A model generated the notes under the pieces. The model did not search any database, had not been told where the DNA came from, and saw only the letters and a list, made by a program, of their open reading frames with translations. A stretch of 64,000 nucleotides of DNA from assembly GCF_006345805.1 (NCBI RefSeq), contig NC_043012.1, positions 16,182,001 through 16,246,000 on the forward strand. The letters run 5' to 3'. This DNA is from Octopus sinensis (Eukaryota). The translations under genes and the position numbers were made by a program. Shown piece after piece: positions 11,626 through 24,709 of this stretch. Position 1 is the first letter of the stretch. Each line of letters opens with the position of its first letter.

Positions 11626-14547
11626 AGTAACAGTAACAGGACAAAGATCCCGTTCCTGAGAGACTTTGTTGCATGCAATCAAGCCTTATGCATAGCACTT
11701 ACGGAAACGCACCTGAAACCGGACATAGCAGATGCGGAGTTACACATACCACAGTATGCTGTACTACGGACCGACAGGAAAGAAAGGAGTCATGGAGGTG
11801 TTGCTATGTACATCCGTGAGGACCTCACACCCCAAGTCCTCTTGTCATACTCAAACTCGGTGTGTGACACACTAATTGTACATATTAGGCAACTTGATGT
11901 AGTTGTGTGTGCTACATATCGCCCTCCAGATGCCCCAAGCTATGTGGGCAAGTTTGAAGACTGCCTTATAAAAATAGAAGAAGTTCTAACCACATTAGAA
12001 CAACACATAAGTGTACTTCTTATGGGAGACTTCAATCTGCCCAATGTCAGATGGCCCGAGGGCCTTTCTCTCCCAGGAATGACAAGATGTGAACGAGGAC
12101 AGGCGAGGTCCCTCCTGAACCTCATCAACACCCTGTACATGGAGCAGGTAATACTCCAACCAACCAGGGCAGGTAACACACTGGATCTCTGCTTCACAAA
12201 TGACATGGATCTCATCCATAATGTGAAAGTGACACCGACACTACTCTCGGATCACAACATGATAGAGCTGACCATGTACGGGCCAAAAGAGAGCACGGAC
12301 ATGCAGCCTACAAGAAACCCTCAGAATCTTTCCAGCTTGAACTACCATAAGGCAAACTGGAAACAAATTGAGAAAGAGATCCTCAAACAAAACTGGCCTA
12401 AATGTCTCTCCTCGCCAGACATCGACGTGAAACTTCAACAATTCATGTCTGTAATGCAAGCCATATGCTACAAATGTGTCCCAGAGAGAAAGGCCACTGT
12501 ACACAAGAACAAAATCCCCAGAGAGAGGAAAATTTTAATGAGACGGCGTACAAAATTTTCAAATCGCCTAAGCAAACAGATTGAAAGCAGTGAAAAGTCC
12601 CGCCTAAAAATAAAACTGTTGGAAATCGAAAAATGTCTGCAACTCTCTCATGAAAAAGAAAGAGCAGACAAAGAAGCCTGGGCTATAGACAACATAAAAT
12701 CTAACCCCAGAGCTTTCTACAGGTATGCCAAAGAAACAGCTATGGTGCACTGTAGGACAGGGCCACTCCTCGAAAAGGATGGCACACTTACAAGTAAACC
12801 AATGAGGGTAAGTGAAATACTGAATGAGCAATTCAAGAGTGTTTTCACTCCACCCCTTGGGCATCTCAAATCACCAATCCAACTGACTTTTTTACCACTG
12901 CAGATATAAAATCAGAGGCGGCGACGATAGATTACATCGATATAAAGGAGGACGATGTAATCAAGGCTATAGATGAAATGAAAACAGACTCAGCTACTGG
13001 CCCCGATGGATTCCCGGCAATCCTCCTAAAAGCATGTAAGAGAGTCCTAGCAAGACCACTGCAGTTCCTCTTTCAGAGCTTCCTTGCAGCTGGCAAACTT
13101 CCAAGAAAACTGAAGGAAGGTAAAATATGCTCCATTCATAAAGGAGGTAGCAGAGCGAAAGCCAAGAACTACAGACCTATCTCTGACCTCACACATCAGC
13201 AAGGTCATGGAACGAATAGTCAGAAGGAAGCTGATCACCTTCCTTGAAGAGAATGACTTGCTGCCCGACACCCAACATGGTTTCCGACCAGGGAGAAGCT
13301 GTTTAACTCAGCTCCTACAACACTATGACTGGATGCTGAAACGGCTGCTCAACCACTCAAATGTGGAAGTGATATATCTCGACTTTGCAAAGGCCTTTGA
13401 TAAAGTCGATCATGGAATGATATGTCACAAACTGCGTGATCTCAACATAGTTGGAAAACTGGGAGAATGGCTTCATGACTTTCTGAAAGATAGAAGTCAG
13501 GTGGTAGTGGCCACTTCCATTAACACGCAAATAGTGAGCGGTGTTCCGCAGGGCACTGTTCTGGGACCACTACTGTTCATAATGGCCCTCTCAGACATGC
13601 CCTCAGCCACGCAGAGAGCCACGATCACAAGTTATGCAGATGATACAAAAGTTTCACAGGCAATACAGAACCCTGAGGACACTAAACACCTGCAATGTGA
13701 GCTAGACAAAATATACAAGTGGGCCGAAAAGAATAGCATGCAGTTCAATGCTGAAAAGTTTCAAGCTCTATACTATCAGCATGCAAAACTAAATGCAATA
13801 CCCAATGAATACACTGGACCCGGAGAGAATAGCAATCCCAGAGGCACAATCAGTGCGTGACCTAGGTATTTACATGAGTGATGACGCGACCTTTCGTGTA
13901 CATGTTGCTAAATTGGCAATGAAATGTAGACGACTGGCCGGATGGATCCTCAGAACCTTTAGAACAAGAGAACAAGAAACCATGATGGTCCTCTGGAGGA
14001 CACTTGTCCTAAGCCACTTTGACTACTGCTCTCAGTTATGGTCACCATCCAGTGTCAAGTTGATCACAGAGCTCGAGGCGATCCAACGTAGCTACACGAA
14101 GAAGATAGCCTCTATGCAGAATGTAAGCTACTGGGAAAGACTCAAGAGATTAAAACTATATTCCCTGGAGCGTAGGCGGGAAAGATATGCCATAATATAC
14201 ATCTGGAAGATCCTGGAGGGACGTGTCCTGAACTTTGGCATCGAGAGTTACGCAAATGCCAGAACTGGGCGCCACTGCGCGTGGTGCCTAGGACTCCAAA
14301 CTTGCCATCAAGATGTAGGACAAGATTCTGTGATAGCCTGGGCTTCCGAGGTCCACAGCTCTTCAATATCCTCCCGAAGAACCTGAGAGACCTGCATGGG
14401 GTGGATGCAGATGTCTTTAAAATGAAGCTGGATCTCTTCCTGTCAGGTGTCCCAGATGAACCAACTTCACGGCAGGAGGGGCAGATGAGGGCAGCTGCAT
14501 CGAACTCTCTCATGCACCAAATGGCAGCTGCTAGAAAGCTTTCGTGA
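11626..14547 (+). pseudogene. LINE ORF2 (endonuclease plus reverse transcriptase), split by four frameshifts in this sequence
   Basis: Track ORFs 11806-12909, 12978-13247, 13207-13860, 13793-14386 and 14281-14547 are collinear parts of one protein; frames go 1->3->1->2->1; no ATG at the 5' junction. Confidence 0.9.
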
Positions 14548-14641
14548 AGTGAAACCAAGTAGCAACACCACACCAAATGGCGGTGCCCCAGCATGGCCAC
14601 AGCTCATAATCTGAAACTAGAATCAATCAAGCAATCAATCA
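11626..14641 (+). mobile_element. Non-LTR retrotransposon of the CR1/L2 (Jockey-group) type, 5'-truncated at the start of ORF2, with 3' UTR and (AATC)n tail
   Basis: APE motifs IALTETHL, GGVAMYI, YRPP, MGDFNLP, LDLCF, SDH; RT motifs GPDG, NYRPIS, QHGFRPGRSC, YLDFAKAFDKV, SGVPQGTVLGPLLF, SYADD, VRDLG; C-terminal YSLERRRERY; tail at 14621-14641. Confidence 0.95.
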
Positions 14642-14959
14642 TAGCATTTTATGAAAGAAACTAACTGATTTTGGAATTCTACTTACTATAAAGCAAATGT
14701 TCGATGCATAGAGAGAATATCAGTATCGGATTGCACGATGACTATTAATTCAATTTCTATATAGTTACCACAATTACAAGAAGTTGTTGTGTGTATGTGT
14801 CTGTGTGTACGTGTGAGCAAGCGAGTGAGTGGACAAACGAAAGTAAAGATACGCAACGCATTTGGTAGGAATTACATATATTATCATTTAAAAGAGTTTG
14901 ATTCGGCTCAATGCTTCTAACAGAAACCTGGCTCGTTCAGCCTCAGATTACCGAATGGA

Positions 14960-15110
14960 GGAACACAGGGAACGAAGATGGTTACTGGAACTGCAGGACG
15001 CTGCAGGGAAATGGGCTGCTATTATTGATCAAAGCGAATCACACAGTGTTGCTAGAGGTCGGCATTTCAGAGACACCAAATGCCTTAGAAAGGAGAAAAA
15101 ATAGAAGGCG
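14960..15110 (+). pseudogene. Possible RTE-type endonuclease N-terminal remnant
   Basis: YWNCRTLQ...LEVGISET resembles the TWNVRTL...DIxGISET start of RTE-clade APE domains; short and isolated. Confidence 0.3.
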
Positions 15111-15737
15111 TTTGTGGCGCCTTGTTGACAGGGAACCAAAGAGAAGTAAGGCCTGGTATAAACATTCATATACCAGGTATATCAATGAGTGAATGCGGGT
15201 GCGTTATTGATTGTATGAGTGCGTGAATGCGGGTGTGATATTGATTTATGTGTGTGTGTACATATAACTCTGTGTGTGTATGCGTGTGAATATATATACG
15301 TTAGTGTCTCCAATATGCGCGTGCCTGTGTTTTTATCTGATATGTATCGTTAATGTACTACTTCTCTCTAATGAATCGTTATTTGCCTCATTTACATACT
15401 CGCATATCTTCAGTAACTACAAATCCGATAAGCTGTAACTAATGTTAAAACACGTAAACGAATATTAGTATGCAGTAGTAATTGCATATAACTGGATTTG
15501 CTTTTCACGATATTATATAATATTTTCCCACTATAGTATTAGTTTTTGTGACTTACTGTTTTTAATAAGTCTCACTGTATTTCATCTATCGATAACTAAA
15601 CAACCTTGCTTCCTCTCTTTGCCTTTTTCTATCGTTCTTTCTTTCTGCTGACATTTTTTCTGATAGAGGTGAAATAATATTTTGGAATACTGATCATTTT
15701 TTATTGTTGTGTGCCCTCGAATTTGCTCTGTATACAT

Positions 15738-16076
15738 CAGTGGTTCTCAATCGGGGCCCAAATGGCCATTATCGGGTGTCGACACATCAAACTAGTAAAA
15801 TGGGGATACACAACAGTACTCTAAAGGGCCTCTGAAAAACATTTTACTATAGATGTATATATTGGTTTGTATTGCAAGAAACAGCTTGGTTTCTTTCTTT
15901 AACATTTTACATTGTTCAACTTACGACAAGTTAATGTGTGAAAAATACAACAGGGATTTTGAAAGAAGTTTCTATATAACTAGTTTCCAACACTGAATAG
16001 CTAGGGGGCGGGGTGGCCACCAGAATAAAATAGTAATTAAAGATGTCCATGTATACAAAATGGTTAAGAACCCCTG
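15738..16076. mobile_element. hAT (Charlie-like) MITE
   Basis: Ends CAGTGGTTCTCAAT and GTTAAGAACCCCTG match the CAGTGGTTCTCAA-type TIR; 8-bp TSD not clear. Confidence 0.7.
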
Positions 16077-16198
16077 AAGTAGATCAAATGTCTTTCAGCC
16101 GTATATGTGTGTGTGTAAATATATATATATATATATGGGGGAGCTGGGGATGCACCCGCACGAGTGTGTGTCTATTTATATAAGTTATGTATAATATA

Positions 16199-17205
16199 CA
16201 GGGGTTGGAGAAATATAATGGAAATACCTTAAAATTTCAAACACATTTATTTTAATATGGGGTAGGACCGCCTTTGGCAGTAATTATAGCTTGAATTCTA
16301 CGAGGTATGAACTCGTACAAAGTTTGAATTGTTTCCAAAGGAATTTTTAGCCATTCTCCAACTAAAACAGTCTCTAGTTCCTGTAGTGATCATGGTGGAG
16401 GATATCGACTCCCTACTTGTTTTTCTAAAATGCACCATAAATGTTCAACAATATTGAGATCTGGGGACTGTGGTAGCCAGATAAGATATTCAACTTCACT
16501 AGAATGCTCCTCGTGCCATTCAGTAACAACTTTAGCTGTGTGACTTGGTGCATTATCTTCCTGAAAGATTGCGTTTCCCTCCGGAAACAGTTCAGCTACA
16601 ACAGGATGAATTTGATCAGATAAAATTCTTAAATAGTCTTGATTATTAATTTGCCACGAAGAGAAACCATTGGGCTAGCGAATTTCCAAGATATAGCCCC
16701 CCCCACCACCACCACCACCATCACCACCAAATCATCATAGATCATTCTCCATGTTTAACAGTTGGGAGAAGGCAGTCTGGTTCAAATGCTTCTTTTTGTG
16801 TAAGAGTCAGGCTATCCCTATCTGAAAGGTTTAGTATTCTTCCGGAGTTTTGTTTCGACGAGGAGGTTTTTCCCTTCTTTCTCAAAGTCTGTAATTACTT
16901 TCGGGACAGTACTTCTTGATACACCAAGGACTTCGGCTATTTTCGTTACCCTAGCGCCTGCGATACGAGCACCAACAATTTGACCTCTTTGAAAGTCCGA
17001 TAAATCTGTCATTTTAACGAATTTTAATTACCTTTTTCTGATGATACCTGAAAAGAAACAACAATTTTCGCAAAATATATTAAGCAACACTAATAATAAA
17101 TAATAAAAAAAACATAAAATTAAACAAGCTTTTGACAGTTTTATACATATTTTAAAATTATGATGCTATGATGCTAGTTATTTCTATTATTTTGTCCAAC
17201 CCCTG
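16199..17205 (-). mobile_element. Tc1-family element with an internal deletion
   Basis: TIRs CAGGGGTTGGA(C/G)AAA..TAAT(A/G)GAAATA flanked by TA at 16197-98 and 17206-07; MTDLSDFQRGQIVGAR HTH; FQEDNAP and WLPQSPDLNIVEHLW (DD34E-type) in broken frames. Confidence 0.93.
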
Positions 17206-17418
17206 TATATGTATATACGCGTATACCTACAGGGTGTTTCGTTGAGTTGATAACCATAAGCAGCATAGCTGCGTGTCGAATAAGTTCCCTTTTAAAAGGC
17301 ATGTTTCCTGATTCCATTTCACGTTGTGTAACCAGATTTGGTTGACAGAAATTAAGAGAGCGCTATCATACAAAACTCATGCACAAACACCCGCACACAT
17401 AATATTGTGAATATACTA

Positions 17419-17419
<1 letters not shown>

Positions 17420-17468
<49 letters not shown>

Positions 17469-17517
17469 GCATGCATGTATGTATGTACAAGTATGTATAT
17501 ATATTATATATATATAT

Positions 17518-17588
<71 letters not shown>

Positions 17589-17590
17589 TA
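17420..17590. repeat. (TA)n microsatellite
   Basis: Direct reading. Confidence 0.95.
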
Positions 17591-17909
17591 ATTAAGGCTG
17601 CTACAAGTGGCACCAGCACGCTAAAAATAGCACCCAGGAGACGACTGCAACCAGAAATTTTCACTGATACATATCCATTGAGCTCGGTTCCACTTAATAT
17701 TATTGTAGACAATAATATATATATATATATATATATGTATATGGTCAATTCAAGTGAATAAACTTAATGGGCAAAAAGAGGACGTGCACAAGGAACGTAT
17801 TAGGTTGACTTTATTTGTAGTTACGGTGACATGCGAATGTTCCAACATATCTGAAATCAACTACGCTATCTTCGTGGCAAAGAAGATTACTTCTAATCTG
17901 TTCTAGGAC

Positions 17910-18070
17910 GTCTGCGCGAGCCGTCTGCGCGAGCCGTCTGCACGAGCCGTCTGCACGAGCCATCTGCACGAGCCATCTGCATAAGTCGTCTGCGCGAGCC
18001 GTCTGCACGGGCCGTCTGCGCGAGCCGTCTGCGTGAGTCGTCTGCGTGAGTCGTCTGCACGGGCTGTCTG
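17910..18070. repeat. 13-bp GC-rich minisatellite, 12 units
   Basis: Consensus GTCTGC(G/A)CGAGCC; units counted by eye. Confidence 0.95.
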
Positions 18071-19182
18071 TTCTGGGTGTGACATCTGCCTTGGCCGTCT
18101 ATGGCAAGAGTGGAGATGCATATCGCTCACCCGACTTTCAAGATCTGCTTGGCAAGGGGTGAGACGTGTGAATGAGTTGGCCGCTCTCAACGCTCAGCAA
18201 ACAGTTAAACTTTGAGTGAATCATTACACTTGAAAGAATTTTTGACTTGAAATGAATAAAAAGTGGCATTAGATGAGAAAATTAGTACTGAAATCTTAAG
18301 ATAATCTTCCTTTGATTTGACAGGCGTACTAGGTTTTCGGCGACAGATACAACAAAAATATTTTCAACATTTTGATTGCGTTAACTTTGTGTTATGATTT
18401 TCTCTATAATTTCTCCTCAAAATTGTAATCCTAAAAGTTTAAAATTATGTCTTTTTACGTTAACCAAAATGAAGTTAAATTCAATGTTCCAAGTAATTTT
18501 TTAAATTTTTTATTTCAGCTTTGGAAACGTTGATGGAATGCGATTCGATTTGCACATGAAAGCAGAAAAGATAAAATTCAAAAATACATCTTGAGTAAAC
18601 TATTGACTTGTGAACCTTTCTCTCTCTCTTTCTCTCTTTCTCTATCTATCCTTCTCTCTCCCTCTCTCACTCCCCCCTCACACGCTCTCTCTGCTGACTT
18701 TGCCCCAATATGTATATCCTACTCATTCTAGCTATGTCATCTTGACATTGGCTTTCTAAGGCTATATATACTGTTTTCTATTGTGCTTTTCATAGTCTTT
18801 AATGCCTTAATTGAGAAAGATATTGTGTAAGAGATGAATTCATTTGTCTCTTTTGCAAAATAATGTGTATTAAATGAATTAAAAATATAAGTATTTGATT
18901 TGAATTCATTAATATATGGTAAATGATAATTTAAAAGCTAGCCGGTCCTTACTTGTAAAAGGGTCCTATAGCAAGGATTTGAAGTGCATTATTCTAACGA
19001 AAACGAGTCACAAATTTCTAAAAGCGTGCATCGTGTCTTGGCATAAGGCAAAATCACGAAATCATCGTTAACCGGCGAGAGGAAATGTCTTCTGGAGCTT
19101 AAAAAATCGCAGTAAAGTCTGTTCGAACAGACAGCCATGTGGAAGTGCTTACGAACATTGCTTATATATATATATATACTGT

Positions 19183-19285
19183 TGTGTCTGGGGAGAGTCA
19201 TTTTCTTTTTGTGCCTTATAATATAACACACTCACCGGTAAAATTTCCACTTTTTTCTTTTTTTCATTTTCCTAAAATTTCTGAA
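19183..19285 (+). repeat. Dispersed repeat fragment, second copy at 24038-24170
   Basis: TGTG(T/C)CTGGGGAGA..CATTTTCTTTTTGTGCCTT..AACACACTCACCG..ATTTCCACT shared between the two copies. Confidence 0.75.
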
Positions 19286-19481
19286 AGTTACTTCGCAAAC
19301 AGTTATCTCCTTTGTGCAGATAACCCAGGCACAAGTATTTTCTGCGCCCAGTGGTCCCGTTATTCATTATGTGAAAACTTTTAAGAGTCTAAAACCATCG
19401 CTGAAACATAAGTAATATATGTTCCCAGTTTGGAGAAAAGCAGTTGAAAAATACGGCCGTCATAATATTTTACACACACGC

Positions 19482-19532
<51 letters not shown>

Positions 19533-20674
19533 GGGATTTATATTACACACACACACAGAAGGGGATTTATATTACACATACACACACACACATACACATA
19601 TACATATTCAGTAGAAAATAAGAACGATTCAATTAATCCATTTATTGATAATCCACCCGATACTGAAACTTCAGGTAAATTTAGGGGACAATTCTATGTA
19701 AAGTACGGATTTTCAGGTAAAGAGGAGGTGCAATTGAACGTGAATCTTCTACACATATTGTCAAGTACCACGCGCAGAACTTTACATCTCTATCTCGATC
19801 GTTTTCAAAGAGAAAATTGATTACTTTTTGGAATGTGACAGCGTTTCAAAATGAGATAGACATGTGATTTTGAAACATTTGTCTCACGCACAGAGACTTG
19901 AACTCTAATAATACAATTCAAGTACCCTTTCATGCTTTTGAAGGCTCCGAGCATTTCTTGTGGAATTTCTGAATAGATTCTTCTGCTTCTAACGTATATA
20001 ATTGCAATTTTTTTTAATTTTTGATTTTTTTGTATTTCTGACACATTTCATCCAAATATTTGGTAACAGACGTCTTCAAGTTTTTCTTATTTCTATCTTT
20101 ATTTTCATTTGACTTTCTTTTTTCACATTACTATGAGTACCATGAAGGCCACCTTCACTCTCTTATTATTGTCGTTGTTGATGCTATTATTTTATTATTA
20201 CATTTGTATTTGTGCTAGTGACAGCCGGAATCTAATAATTTGACTGGTGGAATGTAATATACATAATATATACAGAGAATTCAGAAAAATTCAACATGAC
20301 TTAATCGCATTCCAGATAAGACCTCGTAACCTGCATATAAGACCTGTTATACATTTATTTGGCTATCATGTGTTATCCTACAGACGGGTATATTCTAGGG
20401 CTGGATACACCTGTGAAACTCTTCTTTGCATAAGATTAATATAAGAATGATATAACACGTGGATGGAAGATACCAGGCTTTAATGGTAGACCATAGCTTT
20501 CGTTTCTGCATAGCACACCAGCATTAAGTTACTGAGCTTTATATTCATATACCATTATACATTGTGTCAATATTCTACATTGTGTCTATAGTATTATTGT
20601 GTCTATATTATTATATGTTTGAACGCCACGCATCCTCTTCCAAGTAAGTTTTGTCTATTTCTCTATCTATCTAT

Positions 20675-20752
20675 CCGTATGTATGTATGTATGTATGTAT
20701 GTATGTATGTATGTATGTATGTATGTAGTATGTATGTATGTATGTATGTATG
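20675..20752. repeat. (GTAT)n microsatellite
   Basis: Direct reading; a similar tract lies at about 60900-60958. Confidence 0.95.
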
Positions 20753-20949
20753 GTTGTATTATGCACGCATGAGTGGGGAAGAGAAAATGAGAGACAAAGG
20801 GAAGGAGAACATACATATTCCAAATACAAAATTTATCATGAAAATTTCCATGAATTTGTGTTGATACTGTTTTTAAAGTCTATCATTTTTGTGTCGATAT
20901 TCACTTTCACACTTCTTAATAAATATTTCTATAATAACAGCTTGGATGT

Positions 20950-21092
20950 TCAAATTCCGCTGAGGTCGGCTTTGCCTTTCGTCCTTTCGGGGTCGATAAC
21001 TTAAGTACGAGTTGTCTGCTGTGGCCAATCTAATCGACTGGTTCCCCTCCCCCAACATTTCGGACCTTGTGCCTACAGTACAAAAGAATAAT
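20950..21092 (+). mobile_element. SINE family A variant, 3' part
   Basis: TCAAATTCCGCTGAGGTCGGCTTTGCCTTTCGTCCTTTCGGGGTCGATAA core. Confidence 0.8.
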
Positions 21093-21580
21093 AGCTTAGA
21101 TGAAGTGAAGTGAATAATATATAATCGATTGTTTCGTTATTTGACTTCCAGAATTTAAAGAATTTCTGGTTATAATCGATATATATTTTAAGCAGACAAG
21201 TGTCACATCAACATATAACAGAAGCAAATTTCATTTTACATTCTCAAATCAAATAAATAGTTAATGATACATTATGAAAAATAATCTGCCAGCTGCTTCC
21301 ATGTTTTTCTATAATTATATATTACGATATTTTGTATAATAGTCTGTCAAAATGAAGAGGCAGATTTAATAGAAAGCGAAGTGTTTCAATCATAAGAAAG
21401 TATATATACATATAGATAAATATATATAAATATGAATATGTATATATTTATATACATTTAGATTTATATATGCATACACACACACACACACATAACAAGG
21501 GTGGCTTGTTGGAAATTTTTCAACTGAAATGCAAAAAATATATACGCTTTAGTGACGTATATACATATACATACATATAT

Positions 21581-21649
<69 letters not shown>

Positions 21650-21715
21650 CATTATATATATCACATTTTCTGTATCACATCTAAACTAAGCATGACTTAA
21701 CTATACTCTCACACC

Positions 21716-21767
21716 GTCTCCGATGAAGGGATATAATTAATAAATATCATAGAAACAGCTGTAAGAC
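21716..21767 (+). ncRNA. Minimal type-I hammerhead-like motif (CCGAUGA core variant)
   Basis: GTCT-CCGATGA-A-GGGATAT..ATATCAT-A-GAA-ACAGCTGT-A-AGAC: stem I GTCT/AGAC, palindromic stem III, GUA site. Confidence 0.6.
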
Positions 21768-21834
21768 CTTCTATCTATAAATGCAATAATATCTATACAG
21801 CCTTGGTTTTTCATCTCATTACGCAAATAAGTCT

Positions 21835-21916
<82 letters not shown>

Positions 21917-21917
21917 G

Positions 21918-22130
21918 AAGTCGTAATCGCCTAGTGGTTAGGGCAGGGGACTTGCGGTTGTAGGATCGTGCTTTCGATTCCCAGACAGGGCGTTGTGAGT
22001 GTTTATTGAGCGAAAAGACTTAAAGTCCCACGAGGCTCTGGCAGCGGGTGGTGGCGAGCCCTGCTGTACTCTTTTGCCACAACTTTCTTCTGTTGGCCTG
22101 CTCGCTTAGCCAGCGGGGTGGTGTCATTTG
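21918..22130 (+). mobile_element. tRNA-derived SINE, family C, truncated
   Basis: Colinear with 53932-54243 (TTTCGATTCC, GTTGTGAGTGTTTATTGAGCGAAAA, GCCTGCTCGCTTAGCCAGCGGGGTGG). Confidence 0.85.
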
Positions 22131-23061
22131 CTATATATATTTATATATATATATATATAATGTACTGATCCGTGATAGAAAATTCAGCAAAAATAAGTAC
22201 TCCATCTGGTGTCGTAATGCAATAGATAACCCAAGCAATGTTGCAATTTTCTTTTAAAGTGAGTATGATTCCGTTGTTTACATAGTTTGGATCAACGAGC
22301 CTACATTATTCGTTAGGGGAGATTTCAGCTAGCTCCTAGGTTACTATTCGTTTTCAAATAAATTTGAAATAATTAAATATTGTTAGCTGATCTTGTAATC
22401 CCCTCCAGTAATTAAAATATAACAATTATGAACACAAATCAAAAAGATAATCCTATAGTTCTATCTTTTAATAGTCATTTCTAAATAATGAAACAATTAT
22501 GATTAATACATAATTAATGATAATGAGGCAAAATTTAAATCGTGTAGCTTATGCACCGTTTATTCGAGTTTCCTGTGTAGTTACTGAACTGCAGTGTTAC
22601 CTTTGTATAAGAAAACCTTTTTCATTATATCCACAGTTGCATCAGTAATTAATATATTTTCAGACACCGTATGAATCTATGGTCAATAGTGTCCCAGCCG
22701 TGAATATCTCCTCTATCTTAGATACCGATGACTATATAATAACTCCTTTTTAGTTTGAGACGGTAAGATGTAATTTTGGAGAGGTTTGACAAATATTTCA
22801 AAATGGCTGAACCCCGGAGTAGAAGCTCTGCTATAGCTTAAATGTAACCTGATTTCGCCACATGTAGGATAGTTTTCAAGGATGTCTTCTTTTAATATCC
22901 TGATGTGTTTTGGATAGTAGTGCAAATATGAAAGTACGGGTTAATGCAGTTTTATTATGACTAAAAGTTCTGAATTACCTGATTTGTTTTAGTGTTAAGT
23001 TAGCTGGACTAACAAAAATTATGTAATGAAACAACCACATACGCTTAAATAATACAAACAC

Positions 23062-23120
23062 ATGTATATATATGTATATATATATATTATATATATATAC
23101 ATACATACATACATACATAT

Positions 23121-23212
<92 letters not shown>

Positions 23213-23240
23213 ATATATATATATATAATATATATATATT
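23062..23240. repeat. (TA)n/(CATA)n microsatellite
   Basis: Direct reading. Confidence 0.95.
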
Positions 23241-24709
23241 ACCTTCTGACGGGAGTTTCGATCCATCCGTGACAGATAGTCAAGAATTCTTTTTACACTT
23301 TTGTACATACTGGAACGTGCTCATCTATTTCACCCGCTTTCATCAGTTGGTTTCGTTATTGCCTTCTCGGCATACAGTGGCATAGATCTTGTTTCTCGAT
23401 TATTTGCATATTTTTACTATCGGCCAGTTCAGTTGTTGATTTGTCTATGTTGATTGCATAATTACATTATGCTTTACTAGAAACGTTTATTGATTATTGC
23501 TTATTAATTCATCTCTTCTGTAGATATTCTATAATGTATGCGTCGGCTATGTCAGTCTTATTTTGTATTCCATTCATTTTGCAAAGGGTCTCTTTAAATA
23601 CGATTTCATATACTCTGTGGCCTGTTCATGATTTATATCTCATATATCTAAATAGCTATTCTATTCAGTTGGTTACATTCTACGTGATATATCGTTGATT
23701 TAGACATGTTTATACAGTCTTAACTGCTGTTTCTATTGCTCATGCGTCATAGAACGCTTACCCCGGTTGAAAATTTGTTTTCAGTTTGGATGAATTTTAA
23801 ATATCAGTTTATATTTCGGTGTGCAGTATGACACCTTACCTCAGTTCTTTTGTTAAACCTGCATATGTATTACTATATGCATGTCATTTTTTTTGCAGTG
23901 CATACAGGGCATATCCTAGAACAATCTATAGAGGAGTGGCATATTCTATTATTTCTCTGTTTATAACTACATTTACGTTTTTAGATTTGGTTTGCAAGAT
24001 TCTTTATATGAGTTCATGTGTTGAACCATATTCTTTTGTGCCTGGGGAGATCATTTTCTTTTTGTGCCTTATAATGTAACACACTCACCGATAAGATTTC
24101 CACTGATTTCTTATTTTTATCTTCCTAAAATTTTCGTTGCGTCTTGCAACCTTTTCAATAGTCTGAGTCAAGTATTTTGATAATGTCGATTGACATCCAC
24201 TTATATATCAATATGTACATCCAAATTCATATATTTACAGATTTAGTCGGTAAAGTGTTTTCAACTAGTCAAATTTATTTGATTTAGAGTAATCTGTCAA
24301 GACCCAATTTCAGTGCTGCTGTCAGCAGTTGATTTTAGAATTCTTAACAATGTCTAAAGAAAGAATGTATAAAGTTTAATTTACAGAAATACCTGTTACT
24401 GCTTACAGCATACAGAAATATAGATATCAGAATTAATACACATACATTAACAAAATTCAACAGGACGAATTTACTTGAATATCAATTTAGCTCAATATCT
24501 AAAGTGTATTAATATTTCATTAGTATTTTTCACGCAATAAAATGTTTTAATTACAATTATATTTACTTATAGAAATGAAGATTGTTTTAGAGAAAATCAT
24601 GTCATATGAAATATTCCGAAAAAGAAAAAAAAGAAACAAATAAGATCCATTCAGTTCCTTTAAAGAAATATATTAATCTGTCAAGCGTTGATTCCATTTG
24701 ATGTTGCAG

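Noticed and set aside
11940-14600. Minus-strand ORFs over the LINE
   Set aside because: Shadow ORFs of the GC-richer ORF2, with no independent motifs
17745-17850. LTR end plus primer-binding site (GTTAC-GGTGAC)
   Set aside because: Only a loose resemblance; no second LTR or gag ORF
17910-18070. CRISPR-like array
   Set aside because: Contiguous 13-bp units with no spacers, in a eukaryotic context with no cas genes
22560-24030. Possible decayed retroelement coding sequence (also 30090-31450)
   Set aside because: The composition looks formerly coding, but I could not recover a convincing motif
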